From Octopus vulgaris (taxonomy: Eukaryota), in contig OX597826.1 of assembly GCA_951406725.2 (NCBI GenBank), positions 50,840,001 to 50,904,000 on the forward strand: 64,000 nucleotides of DNA, given 5' to 3'. Below, in pieces: positions 27,502-41,794 of this stretch (positions are counted from its first letter, which is position 1; each line of letters starts with the position of its first letter). The position numbers and the translations under genes are program-made. The notes under the pieces were generated by a model, which was not told where the DNA came from, did not search any database, and was given only the letters and a program-made list of their open reading frames with translations.

Positions 27502-28300
27502 TATAAATATCGGGTGATGTCCATTCCCCAGGCGACTGAATATCTATAATTAGGAGTTGCTTTAAAAACACACGAATCAAATGGCTTTGATTAAACTGGC
27601 ATTGGAGACAACAGTGAAGAGTAAGGGAAGAGAGAGAGAGAGGACAAATAAGAAGAGGGAGTAGAAGAAAGAAAGGGAGAGGGGGAGAGGAAGAAAAGAA
27701 GAGAGAGGGATAAATAGATAAGAATAGGGTAAGACTAGACAAATAAGAAGAAACAGGAGAGCAAGAAGAAAATGAAGAAGCGGATCGAAAAAGAAAGAAG
27801 ACAAGTAGAAGATAAAAATAAATGAAAAAAAAGAAATTATGCGTAGTAGTAGTAGTAGTAGTAGTAGTAGTAAACGAAGAAGAAGAAGAATAGGAAGAAA
27901 ATGACATTGAGTAGAAAAGTAAGCTTACAAAGGCAAATGTTTGTAAGAGAAAATGAAATAGTCTTCGAGGCATGAAGAATGTATGTATGTATGTGTTTAT
28001 ATGGGTGTGTATGTATCTATGAATGTGTATGTGTCTATATGTGTGTGCATTTGTGTGCATATACATATATATTCATGTACATCATTATGGTATGTTTATT
28101 ATATTCATAGATATGTAGTGCTTGTAAGTATATAGACGTGTATTAATGCAAAATTGTGTGTATGTATTCGCGTATTTGTGTATGTGTATGTATATATGTA
28201 TGTATTGCGTTACATAAATAATATTTTCAGGATTAAATAAAAAGAAGACAAGAAACGGAAAATCTGAAATATGACATACCTATATATATATATATATATA

Positions 28301-28560
28301 CAATTAAAAAAACGTAGTAAATAAACGAATATATATTAAACACACAGACGAACAGAAAACACACAAGGTCACCAACTCTTCTTCAGTTATCGGCCAGAGG
28401 GTCAAACGCAATTTCGGCCATTGTCGATAATATTGCTTCCACTCTGGAGGCACCGACAAGAAACTTGCCGGGAATGGGACCAGAACATAACAAAACGAGA
28501 CAGACAAAGGACAAAGCAATAAACAGTAGACAGACAAAGGACAAAGCAATAAACAGTATA
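28301..28560 (-). repeat. (TA)n-adjacent element with CGAAA...CTGAAGAAG motif and a 30-bp tandem duplication
   Basis: Motif at 28380-28415; GACAGACAAAGGACAAAGCAATAAACAGTA occurs twice. Confidence 0.5.
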
Positions 28561-29059
28561 AAGGGTTAGGGCCACACGAAGACAACAATTAATAATGATA
28601 ATAATACATATACATCAAGAAAAAAAGCCTCGGGGCTGCAAGACAAAAGCAAAAGAGGGTAACGTGAAGGAGAAATGAAAACTGTTCTAAAGGACTATAG
28701 ACACCGGAAGGGTAGAGCGAGGAGCTCAGAAAATCGTGACCGATGCGGTCGAAGGCAACGCGAAAAAGAATAACACCGCCTTAGGTTGGCACAGGTCAGG
28801 TGATAGTGGGGGAAGGGCAACAGAGAAAAAGAGAGAGAGAGAGAGAGAGTGAGAGAGAGAGAGAGAGAGAGTGAGAGAGAGAGAGAAAGGAAATTGAGGG
28901 AAGCAAAGTAGGGGAAAGAGACAAAGTGGCACAAAAATATTCCAAGGTTTTTCTGGAGAGACAAGAGCCGCAAGGCCCGGCCATTTTCTAAGAAGGAAAC
29001 AAGCAAGTACCAAAACCTTGAATTCTTTCTTATTGCAGATCACTATAATCACTTCCTGA

Positions 29060-29095
<36 letters not shown>

Positions 29096-29728
29096 GATGT
29101 ATGTATGTATATGTATACACAAACACGCGCACACACACACACACACACAAATCCGGAAATGATTATAGTAATTATAGAAATTCAGATCCCAGAATCAGAA
29201 ACAAATAGTGTTGTATTGTCTGACACTCTAACGACTCTAACAACTTGCACCTTTTAGTGGTAGCAGTGGTAAAAAATCTACAAAAAGTTGTTATTAAAGT
29301 ATTTTTTCCTGTCAACCTTTGTTTTGCCATGCTGCAATACACCTTGTATTGCAATGACTCTATTGTAGATGCATAATCAACTGACGTGAAAGTGTGGTTC
29401 TTGTATGTCCAATGTAATATTTATAGACATGGCATCTACAAATTTCACGCTTGTAAATTCATTTGAAAATGTCATTGGTCGTCTATAGTTTATTCATCAG
29501 CTTGTAGAAATAGTATATGGAGGTGAAGGGAATATTTGTTTGTTTTCTCTACTTTTTGACATAGTTTAAAAGCAATTAATTATTAGGTGTGATGCATGTT
29601 CTATGTATAAGATGTTCGTTAAGATGTATAAGTTCATCTTCAATTCTACAAACAGGGTTAATTTGATTTACCTAAGACAATTTTTGTTTGAATTTCCATG
29701 TATTTTTACTAAATTTATTTTTAATATA

Positions 29729-30955
29729 CGATGGTAGGCTGAAATGTTCATAGGCTGACCAAGATACTCTCATGGAATGTGACCAAATGAAATTTATTTT
29801 TCAACACAATCCTCTTGCCCTCAGCACACTTCTTCCATCGGTGTTGCAGTGCTTGGATCCCATTGGTGAAGAAACTTGTTTCCTGTTGGTCAAAAACATC
29901 ATCAACAGAAGACACGACGCTGTCATCACTGCGATACTGGTTTTCAGCGAAGTGTCTTTTTCATGTTGGGGGAACAGGTGGTAGTCAGATGGGACCAAAT
30001 CAGGAGTATAGCGAGGCTAATCAACCAGTTCAAAGCCACAGTCACATAGAGCAGCAATTGAAACCAAGGACTTGTGTGTCCCTTTCGTCAGTTTTTCTGG
30101 GCATTTGTTCTTGATAGCCTTTCGTAACTACTTCAGTAAATTGGAATAATACTGTCCATTGATGGTGTGGCGATTTTTTGAAGATGGTCAATAAACTCAA
30201 CGTCTTTTGCATCCCCAAAAAACTGAGGCCATCACCTTCCCTGCAGATGAAACAACCCTAACCTTTTTTTGGAGTATGCGAGGGGAGATGTCTCCTCTGC
30301 ATGGATTGTCTCTTTGTCTCTAGCTCAAAGTGATGAACCCAACACTCATCCTGAATTTGGAAGCGTTCAAGAAAATCAACTGGATTTGCCTTAAACAATG
30401 TCAGATTTTACCCGTGATGTGATCAGCCTTGTGCTCTTTTGATCAGGTGTCAGAAGACGTGGCACTCACCGAATAGAAACCTTTGTCATGTCAAGTTCAT
30501 TGTGCAGAATATTCCCAACTTTCTCACGGGATATGCAAATAGCGTTGGTTATTTGATTTGTAGTCACTCAACTGTAATCCTTCACCATGCGGCGAACACG
30601 ATCAATGCTTTCCTCGATGGTGGCAGTGTCTGGACGTCCAAATCTTGGGTCATCATCAATGCTCTCCGTTCCCCTTCTAAATTTGCATTGTTGATAAAGC
30701 GGGAATGCCACTCTCTAATGTAGCAATGATGTCAGTATCAGTGTCATTGAGGGTTTAACCCTTTTCTGTAGGTATTTGATAACATCACGATGTCAACTTT
30801 TGTCCATTTTTCAAGAGAAATCACTACTAGTTACTTTTCACGTGTTCTTTGAACAGTCACATGTCAGTTTAGGTGAGAAGAAACAATGCAGAGTTGAAAT
30901 TAATTCATGCACCACTTCTTAATAGTCAGTCTATGAACTTGTCAGCCCATTCTCA
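29729..30955 (-). mobile_element. Full-length decayed mariner transposon
   Basis: About 30-bp TIRs (GGCTGAAATGTTCATAGGCTGAC / GTCAGTCTATGAACTTGTCAGCC), TA TSD, 1.23 kb, PSDYHLFP motif, start near 30807. Confidence 0.9.
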
Positions 30956-31286
30956 TAGTTGTAGGTTTGGACTCCTAATTAGTTTGCATATCCATTGTTG
31001 ACTGCTGTTTGCTTTATTTTCTCTCTATTTTTTTTTGCATAATGTTTCTCGATGTTTTGTATAATGTTTCTAGACACCGCGAATAAACTGTTTTCAGATC
31101 GGTGAAAGATAGCAGATGTCAACGACCAAATGATAATAAAGTCCGCCGTTGATAACGAACAAAGAAAAACGGACAAAACAAATTCTCGCCTACGATAAAA
31201 CAACAATAAAACAATTCCGGGAAGTTCTGAATGTCTTGAAACATTGCTCCAGTATAGCCAAAGCCTGATGACTGTAACCTGTAAGA

Positions 31287-31340
<54 letters not shown>

Positions 31341-31766
31341 TTACATATACTGTATGCTGGTAACATGCTACACTACAACGTAAGTTTCTATAAATTAAGC
31401 AATTTATAGAAAAATGAAGAGGTTGGTTTTAAATGCAACGTAAACTTGACTGGAAGCGCAAAATTAGAAGTGAACAATACGAATGCAATGGTAGCAGTAG
31501 CAGCAATAGTTGTAACAGTGGTAATGACGACGATGGAACATCATTAATAGGAAAAAAAAACAACAGCGACATCGATAATAAAGATTGTTAATGATCGTCT
31601 ATTTTCGCGAAATCTAGTCGTAATGAAATGAATCAGTTATACAAAAAAAAAAAGAGAAGAAAAAAAAACCGGAAAATATTGGTTTCTATTTTCATGATTT
31701 TCTTTCTGTCTGTTCTGTTCTGTCCCATAATGCCTGTCGGTCGTTAAGAGCGAGATAATGAAGCAT

Positions 31767-31930
<164 letters not shown>

Positions 31931-33507
31931 CTAACTGGCAGGAGTCATCATTAAATTGATTACAAAAGAGTTTGGGTGCGAGGCGTAGAGAAATAAGAAT
32001 GTCGAAGGAACCAGAGGTAACAGAGACCGCAGTGAGTTAGAGGGTATGTAGGATGTAATACATTGGTTAGCTAACATTTACTCATTAATTGGATCGGCAG
32101 TTTTTGATGCTGTGCCATTTTCCCAGGTATGAGAACAGTTCTCTGATGTGGCACAGTGAGTCGCGAACCACTCAATCTGTTTATCGTTTGTAACCAGCCC
32201 CAGTTTCTTGACTATTTCTGTCGTTTGGTCAGAATAACCATAGAATTGTTGACATTTCAACTGATCAATGGAGGCGAAGACTGTTTGAAGTTATTTTTTT
32301 CTGTAAAAACACCTTGTACTGAGTTCCTGTTACCTTCTTTATATCTACACATGGACTCGAACTCTATGACGAAATATTCAGTAATTATGCAATGTTTCTG
32401 TTGTTGTACGCCATCATCATCATCTTTCAATTACAGTAGCAGATGGCCATAATTCTCTTCCTCATCCTCTTTCATTTGCAGCTTCTATATTCAGTTGCCG
32501 TCCCATTTTCGGGTGTTTAGAGCTAGCTATCAACGGGAGTTGAATTCCTCGGCAGAATTGGAATTCAGAACCTAAAGAGTTGGATGAGTAACCGCAATAT
32601 ATCTTGTCAGACGCTCTAATAATTCTACCAATCCACCACTCTGGAGTGAAAAACTTTGTTTTGGGACCCAGAAGGGATGAAAGGCAAAGTGGAAGAAAAA
32701 AAGAAAGGGGATTTGAACCTAGAGAGTAGGAACAATTACCTAAAGTATTCTATTCAGCATTCCAACGACGCTACCAACCTGCTGCTGTATGTGTTCAAGG
32801 TATCTATTTATTTACAATGTAGCAGACTGAACTTGTTGTTTCGTATTGACGAGTGATACATCGAGAATTGGACACGAATCATCAACATAGGTTGGTAATC
32901 TAGCGCTATACAGATTGTACTTCTTTGATAACCAAATCTGAAGGAATGTAGACGAGATCTACGAAATACTTACAAGCGTAACTGATGAGGGTGAACATTG
33001 AAAACCGTGCGTTATTAAACAAACTCTTCACATTCTTATTAATTTGAAACTTTTTAGTTTCCTTTGTTTTTAGTCTATAAATTAATTCATTATTATAACA
33101 CCCCTTATCTCAAAGTTATCCTCAAATTACAACTATAATTATTTGAGAGAACATATTTTGTACAGAACTTATCTCTGAGTAAATGACCAGAACGTTACTT
33201 TCTGTTGCGCGACTGACTTCGACCTTAAAGCGTTGAGATTCACGTCATTCGGAACCTCTATGGAATTTGAATATGTACATCACAGTAACCAATTAATTAA
33301 ATGTTATGGAAATGTGTCGAGTTTTAGAGTAGAAGGGAAAGTCCTTGAGTGATAATACCGCACCTAAATTTCGATTAATCACTTACACTTCACTAACCAT
33401 ACGAAGTTCCTTGGGGAAACAAAGCAACACCCATAATTCTCTTTGTTATTCTATAAATTCAGTAAATCCCTATGCTTATTCTTATACAAGTAATCAGTAT
33501 TATATAC

Positions 33508-33881
33508 TCTTTTACTTGTTTCAGTCATTTGACTGCGGCCATGCTGGAGCACCGCCTTTAGTCGAACAAATCAACCCCAGGACTTATTCTTTGTAAGCTC
33601 TTTTGCCGAACCGCTAAGTTACGGGGACCTAAATACACCAGCATCGGTTGTCAAGCGATGTTGTGGGGACAGACACAGGCACACAAACATATGCACAAAC
33701 ACACACATACTTATATGTATACATATATACGACGGGCTTCTTTCAGTTTTCGTCTACCAAATCCACTCACAAGGCTTTGGTCGGCCCGAGGCTATAGTAG
33801 AAGACACTTGCTCGAGGTTCTGAACCCGGAACCATGTGGTTGGTAAGCAAGCTACTTACCACACAGTCACTCCTGCGCCTA
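33508..33881 (-). mobile_element. SINE family A copy
   Basis: Matches the family with two small internal deletions. Confidence 0.9.
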
Positions 33882-34714
33882 TTAAAATTTGTTTGATAAT
33901 GTTTCGATTTAAAACTACGAAGGTATTTTTGCAGGGCCCATATGCAATAATAAATGAAGAGGAAAGTCATTAGTGAAATTGCCCCAAGAATATTACTGGT
34001 TCTTAAATTACACTCTACTGACTATTGAAAGTTTTAGTCAACTTGGGTGTAATTTGAAACCGAAGTGCAGAGGAAAAGAAGTAAATAATGGAAAGTTTTT
34101 AAAATAGCACTTGTACAACTTTTATTAAGTGTACTGTCTGGTGATTACAAATGATTCAGGTCATAGACTAACAATTAGAATGAAGATGAATTTCTTTGCA
34201 GAAAGCTGATCTCATTTAAATCGAAGAATATTTCCTTACAATGAGTGAATACGCATCAATTACCAATTCACATCTTGGTGAACAACTTCAAAACATGCTA
34301 TATTTCATAGTTCTTTCAACTCAGAATTCATTGTCGAATTCCAGTTAGAATATGCAAACGGTCGATTGTGTGCTTCCAAATATTTCACTTTTTATTGACC
34401 GCCATCGAAGTAAACCATCCGTTTGCTAATTCCTCTTAGCCTCTTCATAAATGGACGGAAATCTTGCTAACGTATGAAATTTGTGAGTTTTGGCATAATA
34501 GTTATTTGTTGGAATTATCATTGATTGATTCCTTCAGAAATATACAGACTTGGCATTGAAAGTACTGAAGACCTCTGAAGAATCTAATATTCATTTGATT
34601 TATTTCCTATTACACACACATACACACACACACACGTATATGTATATACTTATGCATATACACCCACTCGTAAATGTATATTATTATGCTCGCGCGTGCT
34701 CACACGCACACACA

Positions 34715-34745
<31 letters not shown>

Positions 34746-34746
34746 G

Positions 34747-34795
<49 letters not shown>

Positions 34796-35099
34796 GCACA
34801 CACACACACTCGCACGCACACACACACACACACACAAAGACTTTCGAGGCACAACGCATAAAGCTATAAATAACACCACGTAAATATTAGGTTGAAAATT
34901 CTTTGGGATAGAAAAAGTCAAAGGCTTTCATCTTCACTGGAGATGTGGGTTCGTTTCCCACGGACAGCTATCGACTATTTCTATCCAGAAAGGTTTTTCA
35001 ATCCAATATTTAAATGCTGTTATTTATAGCTTTATGTGTTATGCACCGAGAGCCGATATCCACCCCCTCCCCAAAGAATTATTATATATTATTATATAT

Positions 35100-35277
35100 A
35101 GGCGTAGGAGTGGCTGTGTGGTAAATAGCTTGCTTACCAACCACATGGTTCCGGGTTCAGTCCCACTGCGTGGCACCTTGGGCAAGTGTCTTCTACTATA
35201 GCCTCGGGCCGACCAAAGCTTTGTGAGTGGATTTGGTTGACGGAAACTGAAAGAAGCCCGTCGTATATATGTATATG

Positions 35278-35351
<74 letters not shown>

Positions 35352-35556
35352 TGTGTCTGTGTTTGAACCCCAACATCGCTTGACAACCGATGCTGGTGTG
35401 TTTACGTCCCCGTAACTTAGCGGTTCGGCAAAAGAGACCGATTGAATAAGTACTAGGCTTACAAAGAATAAGTCCTGGAGTCGATTTGCTCGACTAAAGG
35501 TGGTGCTCCAGCATGGCCGCAGTCAAATGACTGAAACAAGTAAAAGAGTAAAAGAG
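35100..35556 (+). mobile_element. SINE family A full-length copy
   Basis: GGCGTAGGAGTGGCTGTGTGG head, GGTTCAGTCCC B-box-like, internal (TA)(TG), (GAGTAAAA) tail. Confidence 0.92.
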
Positions 35557-35884
35557 ATATATATGAATGAATGCATGCACATATATACATAATCAATCAT
35601 GCGAAACTCGTCCATTGTGAGTCTGTCGTTTCTCTTATGTTATGGTTCACGATATTATCAGTTATGTTATGTATGACATTCTTGTTAATAACGCCTGCGA
35701 TATCATAGGCCGGCAGTTCCTAAATTTATTTCGGCAAGGAAGCCTTCCACGGTTTTTCAAAAATAACATGTCGTACCTATAGTTTAAGGACAATACTAGC
35801 TAGCCTAATTTTATTAAATTTGAAATTACACAGCCTCGTTTTAGAGGCAGAATTTATTATATTAGAGACAAAACAAATAATAAT

Positions 35885-37665
35885 CATTTCTACTATAAGC
35901 ACAAGGCCTGAAATGTTGGGAGGCGGGGTAAGTCGATTACACCGACCTCAGTGTTTGACTGGTACCTTTTTCATCGACCCAGGAAGGATGAGAGGCAAAG
36001 TCGATCCCGGCGGAGTCTGAACTCAGAAGGTAAAAAGGGACGAATTACTGCTAAGCATATTATGCCCGGCGTACAACCGATTCTGCCAGCTTACCGTCTT
36101 AATAAAAACAACAACACCAACAATAATCCATTCTACAATAGGCGCAAGGCCTGAAATTTTGTGGGAGGTGACTAGACGATTACATCGACTCCAGTGTTTC
36201 ACTGGTACTTAATTTATCGATCCCCGAAAGGATGAAAGGCAAAATCGACCTCGATAGAATTTGAACTCAGAACGTAGCGAGAGACAAAATACCGCTAAGC
36301 ATTTCGCCCAGCGTGCTAACGATTCTTATTTCTTTATTGCCTACAAGGGGCTAAACATAGGGGGACAAACAAGGACAGACAAACGGATTACAATAGGCGC
36401 AAGGCTTGAAATTTTGTGGGAGGGGACTAAACGATTAGATCGATCCCAGTGTGTAACTGGTACTTAATTTATCGACCCCGAAAGGATGAAAGGTAAAGTC
36501 AACCACGACGGAATTTGAACTCGGAACGTGGCGATGGGCAATACACCTTTTCTACTCACAAGACCCGAAATTTTTGGAGAGGGCAGTCGATTAAATCGAC
36601 CCCAGCACACAACTGGTACTTAATTTATCAACCCCGAAATGATAAAAGGCGAATTCCACCTCGGCTGAATTTGAACTCAGAACGTAAAGACAGACGAAAC
36701 ACCATTAAGCATTTCGTCCAAAGTGCTAACAATTCTGCCAGATCGCCGCCCTAATAACAATAACAACAATAATAATAATAATTTTAAAATATGAGAATAT
36801 TATTCTTATATTTAGGAAGTCATACTTCTTTCTGCTATACGCACGCGGCCTTAAGTTTGGGGTGCGGGAACTAGTCGGTTACATCAACTTCAGTGCTTAA
36901 GTGGTACTTAATTTAGGATGAAAGGCAAATTCATAATTAATAAAGCCTATAAACACAGTCACCGGTTGATGTTTATCTATATTTCACTCGTCTTTCTTTT
37001 TCCCAAGTATTTAATGTTTGTTTATATCCCCATTGATTTCAACATACAGTTTCACATCAAAAATTCTTGCAAAACAAATTCAAAGTCGGTGAATACTATA
37101 TCTTTATAAATAATTCTGTGGGAGGGGACTAGACGATTACATCGACTCCAGTGTTTCACTGGTACTTAATTTATCGACCCCCGAAAGGATGAAAGGCAAA
37201 ATCGACCTCAACAGAATTTGAACTCAGAACGTAGCGAGAGACAAAATACCTATTTCTTTATTACCCACAAGGGGCTAAACATAGAGGGCACAAACAAGGA
37301 CAGACATAGGTATTAAGCCGATTACATCGACCCCAGTGCGTAACTGGTACTTAATTTATCGACCCCTGAAAGGATGAAAGGCAAAATCGACCTCAACAGA
37401 ATTTGAACTCAGAACGTAGCGAGAGACAAAATACCGCTAAGCATTTCGCCCAGCGTGCTAACGATTCTTATTTCTTTATTGCCTACAAGGGGTTAAACAT
37501 AGGGGGGACAAACAAGGACAGACAAACGGATTACAAAGGCGGCGAGCTGGCATAATCGTTAGCACGATGCGCAAAATGCTTAGCGGCGTTTCGTCCGTCT
37601 TTACGTTCAAATTCCGCCGAGATCGACTTTACCTTTCGTCTTCGGGATCGATAAAATAATTTTTT
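35885..37665 (-). mobile_element. Cluster of about 8 nested or tandem SINE B copies (last one on +)
   Basis: Repeated ACTGGTACTTAATTTATCGACCCCGAAAGGATGAAAGGC cores near 35960, 36200, 36460, 36610, 36900, 37160 and 37345; inverted copy 37536-37660. Confidence 0.88.
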
Positions 37666-38547
37666 TATTAGTCAAACTTAACTAACTGATTGACCGAACG
37701 ATTTATTAAACAATTATTTGTTGCATTGGTTAAATAGTTTACTAATTAATAAATAGAAGAGAAGTGAAATAGAATCAGTCCGTGTGTTTATTGTTGGCAT
37801 AATGACCCTCCTGAGATAACAACAATTCCTTTTTTTTATTAAATTTTATTAAAATACATCTTACTTCGCGGGATCCTAGAAGTTTTTCACAGCACCCGCT
37901 GTCAGAAAGGCAGTTGTAGATAATACCATATGCAATATTATTAGACAAATCAGTGCTAGTTTGGGTTAAATAATGGTACAGTAGTTTTATTTTAGATGAG
38001 TAAGTTGTGAGTTGCAGGTTTCTCTGATGCATTAACGAACAATTATCAACAATAAAGGTTGTTCAAAGGTGTCTCCTTGATAAACACCTACAAATATAGA
38101 GAAAGAACATTTGTAATGGTATAACATTTTCTAAACTTGTGTGTATCTATTGTTTGAGGGAAAATGTTTGCAGAAAAATGTTTTAAAGTATGGTCGTAGA
38201 AATAAGAGCTATACATTTTGTGACAATGAACCCATGCCAGATGGAGGCGTTGCTAGAGTGTGTGTTACCTGGTGCAGCCCTTGAGTTTTCCGTCCCATCT
38301 CCTATACATATTTTTACAGCAGACTTCAAAGCGCCGACCCCAACAAAAGAGCATTACCCGGGCTGGACCGTCACTATCGTCCTACTCCTAGTTACGCTAT
38401 TGATGACAGATTGTTAATTTCCACTTCATCTCAGAATAACATCAACATATAAGATCCAGTTTTTCTGTTTTTAACTTACGATTCCTGCTGCCTCAGTCCA
38501 TCACCAAACTCATTAACCTGACAATTCCGCTGACTATTCTAATACTG

Positions 38548-38801
38548 TGGAGGCGCGTGGCTTAGTGGTTAGGGTGTCAGCATCATGTTCGTAAGATTGT
38601 GGTTTCGATTCCTGGACCGGGCGACGCGTTGTGTTCTTGAGCAAAACACTTCATTTCACGTTGCTCCAGTCCACTCAGCTGGCAAAAATGAGTAACGCTG
38701 CGATGGACTGGCGTCCCGTCCAGCTGGGGAACACATACGCCATTGAAACCGGCGGGCCCATGAGCCTGTCTAGGCTTTAAAAGGGCGCATTTATTTTATT
38801 T
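38548..38801 (+). mobile_element. tRNA-derived SINE family C
   Basis: GGCGCGTGGCTTAGTGGTTAG A-box, GGTTTCGATTCC B-box, (TTTTA) tail; 13-bp TSD TATTCTAATACTG. Confidence 0.9.
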
Positions 38802-38814
38802 TATTCTAATACTG

Positions 38815-39456
38815 GTTTCAAATTTTGGAACTAGCGCAACAATTTGTAAGTCGGTTACATCGCATCAGTACTCAACTGGGGTTTATTTTATCAATCTCGA
38901 AAGGATCAAAGGCAAAGTCAACCTCAGGAGAGTTTGAAGTCAGAACATAAAGACAGACGAAATGCTGCTAAGCATTTTGCCCTGCGTGCTTACGATTCTT
39001 ATTTCTTTATTGCCCACAAGGAGCTAAACATAGAAGGGACAAACAAGGACAGACAAAAAGATTAAGTCGATTACATCCACCCCAGTGCGTAACTGGTACT
39101 TAATTTATCGACCCCGAAAGGATGAAAGGCGAAGTCTACCTCGGCGGAATTTGAACTCAGAACGTAGCGACGAGCGAAATACGGCTAAGCATTTCGCCCG
39201 GCGTGCTAACGATTCTGTCAGTTCGCCGCATTGCTAACTATTCTAATACCAATTTCAAATTTTGGCACACGGTCAATAAATTCGGGGGAGGTGTTATGTC
39301 TATTATATCGATTCCAGTTCTCAATTGGTACTTATTTTATCGATCCCGAAGACGAAAAGTAAAGTCGATCTCGGCGGAATTTGAACGTAAAGACGGACGA
39401 AACGCCGCCAAGCATTTTGCGCATCGTGCTAACGACTATGCCAGCTCGCCGCCTTT
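38815..39456 (-). mobile_element. Three nested or tandem SINE B copies
   Basis: Cores near 38875, 39095 and 39325. Confidence 0.85.
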
Positions 39457-39561
39457 GACTATTCTAGTATTGTTAGGAGAGCAGAAAAGAATATTTGATG
39501 GAGAGTAAAATGAAGAGAAAGAATGAAAGAGATAGACAGACATACATACATACAGACAGAC

Positions 39562-39619
<58 letters not shown>

Positions 39620-39703
39620 AGAGAGTGTAGGGAGATACTGGGAGTGAAATACAGAAAAAGGGAGAGAGGGAGAAATGTAATGAAATACACGATTTTCATA
39701 AAG

Positions 39704-40114
39704 GGCAATCTTTCGTCTCTAGTAGACCTTTCCGTCGATTTCCATAAAAATTTTTTTTTTTTTACATATGGGCTTCCGGGAACTTTTGAAGTAATGAGAG
39801 CGAAAGAGACTAAGAGAAAGCGATTGTATGACAAGGGAAGTTCTTTTGAAGTTACCGTGCATGGGAAGCATTGATGTACATGTGTGTGTGTGTGTGTTTG
39901 ATGGGGTGTAGGAGACAGACAGTATGTTGTGTAAGTGAAGTGCTTCTGTTAGTGTGTGTCAAGAGACAGAGTAATGTGTGAAAGAAAGAGATAACTGAAA
40001 TTGTATGTGTATATGTATGTATATTACTTCAAAAGTTCCTGCAAGCCCATATGTAAAAAAAAAAAAAAATTTACGGAAATCGACGGAAAGGTCTACTAGA
40101 GACGAAAGATCGCC
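39704..40114. mobile_element. Merlin-like MITE
   Basis: About 90-bp TIRs starting GGCAATCTTTCGTCTC and ending GAGACGAAAGATCGCC; perfect 8-bp TSD TCATAAAG. Confidence 0.88.
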
Positions 40115-40789
40115 TCATAAAGTATTTAGGAAGTAAGGACCAGGAAAATAATAGCGTAAAACAGCAAGAGCGAAGGCGTCACGTTGCTGAGAGGCGGGAT
40201 GCGAGCTGGAACCCGACATCTCATGATAACGAAGTGAACTTAACCACTCCTTCGTACCTGCTTCACATACCCAGTGTACACACACGCGCGCGCGCACGCA
40301 CACATTCACAACAACAAACGCATTGCTTATTCAAAGGAGTCGCTACTTCAATCTTAAATTATTGAGTTCTCCCTTACGTAATTGGCCTTAGCTTTTTGAA
40401 TTATGAGTTTCTTACGAGCGTATTGTGTGTGTGTGTGTGTATGTGTGTGTGTGTGTATGTATGCATGTGTGTATGTGTGTATGTATGTGTGTGCATATGT
40501 GCGTGCTTGTGTGCGTGCGTGTATGGGCACGTGTATACTGATATGCCAACATCGGTTAAAGAAATGTTATGCAATACTATGTTGGTATGTGTTTGTCTAA
40601 GTGTCTGTGTCTAAGTGTCCGTGTGTATATGTATATATATAGAGAGAGAGAGAGAGACATACACACATAAATATACGTACATATACATACGCTCACATTT
40701 GAACGTTTGGAAAGTGACTGGGCCACTCTCTCTCTACCTCTTTCTCACGCATACATTCATATTCTTACACATACACTTAGACATATACG

Positions 40790-41070
40790 CATACATACAT
40801 ACATACATACATACATACATACATACATACATACATACATACATACATACATACATACATACATACATACATACATACATACATACATACATACATACAT
40901 ACATACATACACACACATACATACATACATATTTACATACATGCATACATACACACATACATACATACATACACACACATACATACATACATACATACAC
41001 ACATACATACACACATACATACACACATACATACATACACACGTACATACATACATACATACATACATAC
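40790..41070. repeat. (CATA)n microsatellite
   Basis: Direct reading. Confidence 0.95.
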
Positions 41071-41663
41071 GTGCGCGTAGATGTGAGAGGAGTGTTACAG
41101 AGTGGAGGGGAATGGGAGTGGTAGTGATGGTGGTAGTGGATACGACGGCCTTTTTGCAAAAAAAAATGAGGTTACATTAACAAGAAGTCATAGTGTATTA
41201 AAATTGATTTCGAAGTAGAGAAACAACCAAACAAACAGCAGTAACAACAACAACAGCAACAACAACAGCAACAACAACAACGGCGATGATTAGGCTGATG
41301 ATGATGATGATAGTAATCATAATGTTACTAAACAGGTTGTTTTCTCCAATTTATCATAAATTATCGTATCGTTTGAGTATGCAATGTCTATGAATTCAAC
41401 TTGACCCTCTCGTAAGCAATAACGACAACTTGATTGCCACCATCAATAAGGGAAATAATTAGTTTTTCTGCAGCAGAGATCTAAGATTGCTGGCTTCGTT
41501 TCGTAATTGGGTCAACAAGAGGTATTTAACGTCTTTTTTTTTTTTTTTTTCCAAAAAAAAAAGTAAGTAGCCGAAATTATAAAGATCACTTTCAAGGTGT
41601 GACCATAAATTGCAAAAAAGAGATCGTTGCAGAGGAGAAGAAGGAATTGGTTTGTTTGTTATC

Positions 41664-41699
<36 letters not shown>

Positions 41700-41754
41700 A
41701 CTATCTAGCCGTCTGTTTAGTTTTACACACACACACAGAGACATACACACAGAC

Positions 41755-41789
<35 letters not shown>

Positions 41790-41794
41790 CACAC

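Noticed and set aside
32078-32260. 60-aa ORF and a short similarity (TTCTGACCAAAC.ACAGA) to 2286-2305
   Set aside because: No recognisable family; the match is too short to exclude chance.
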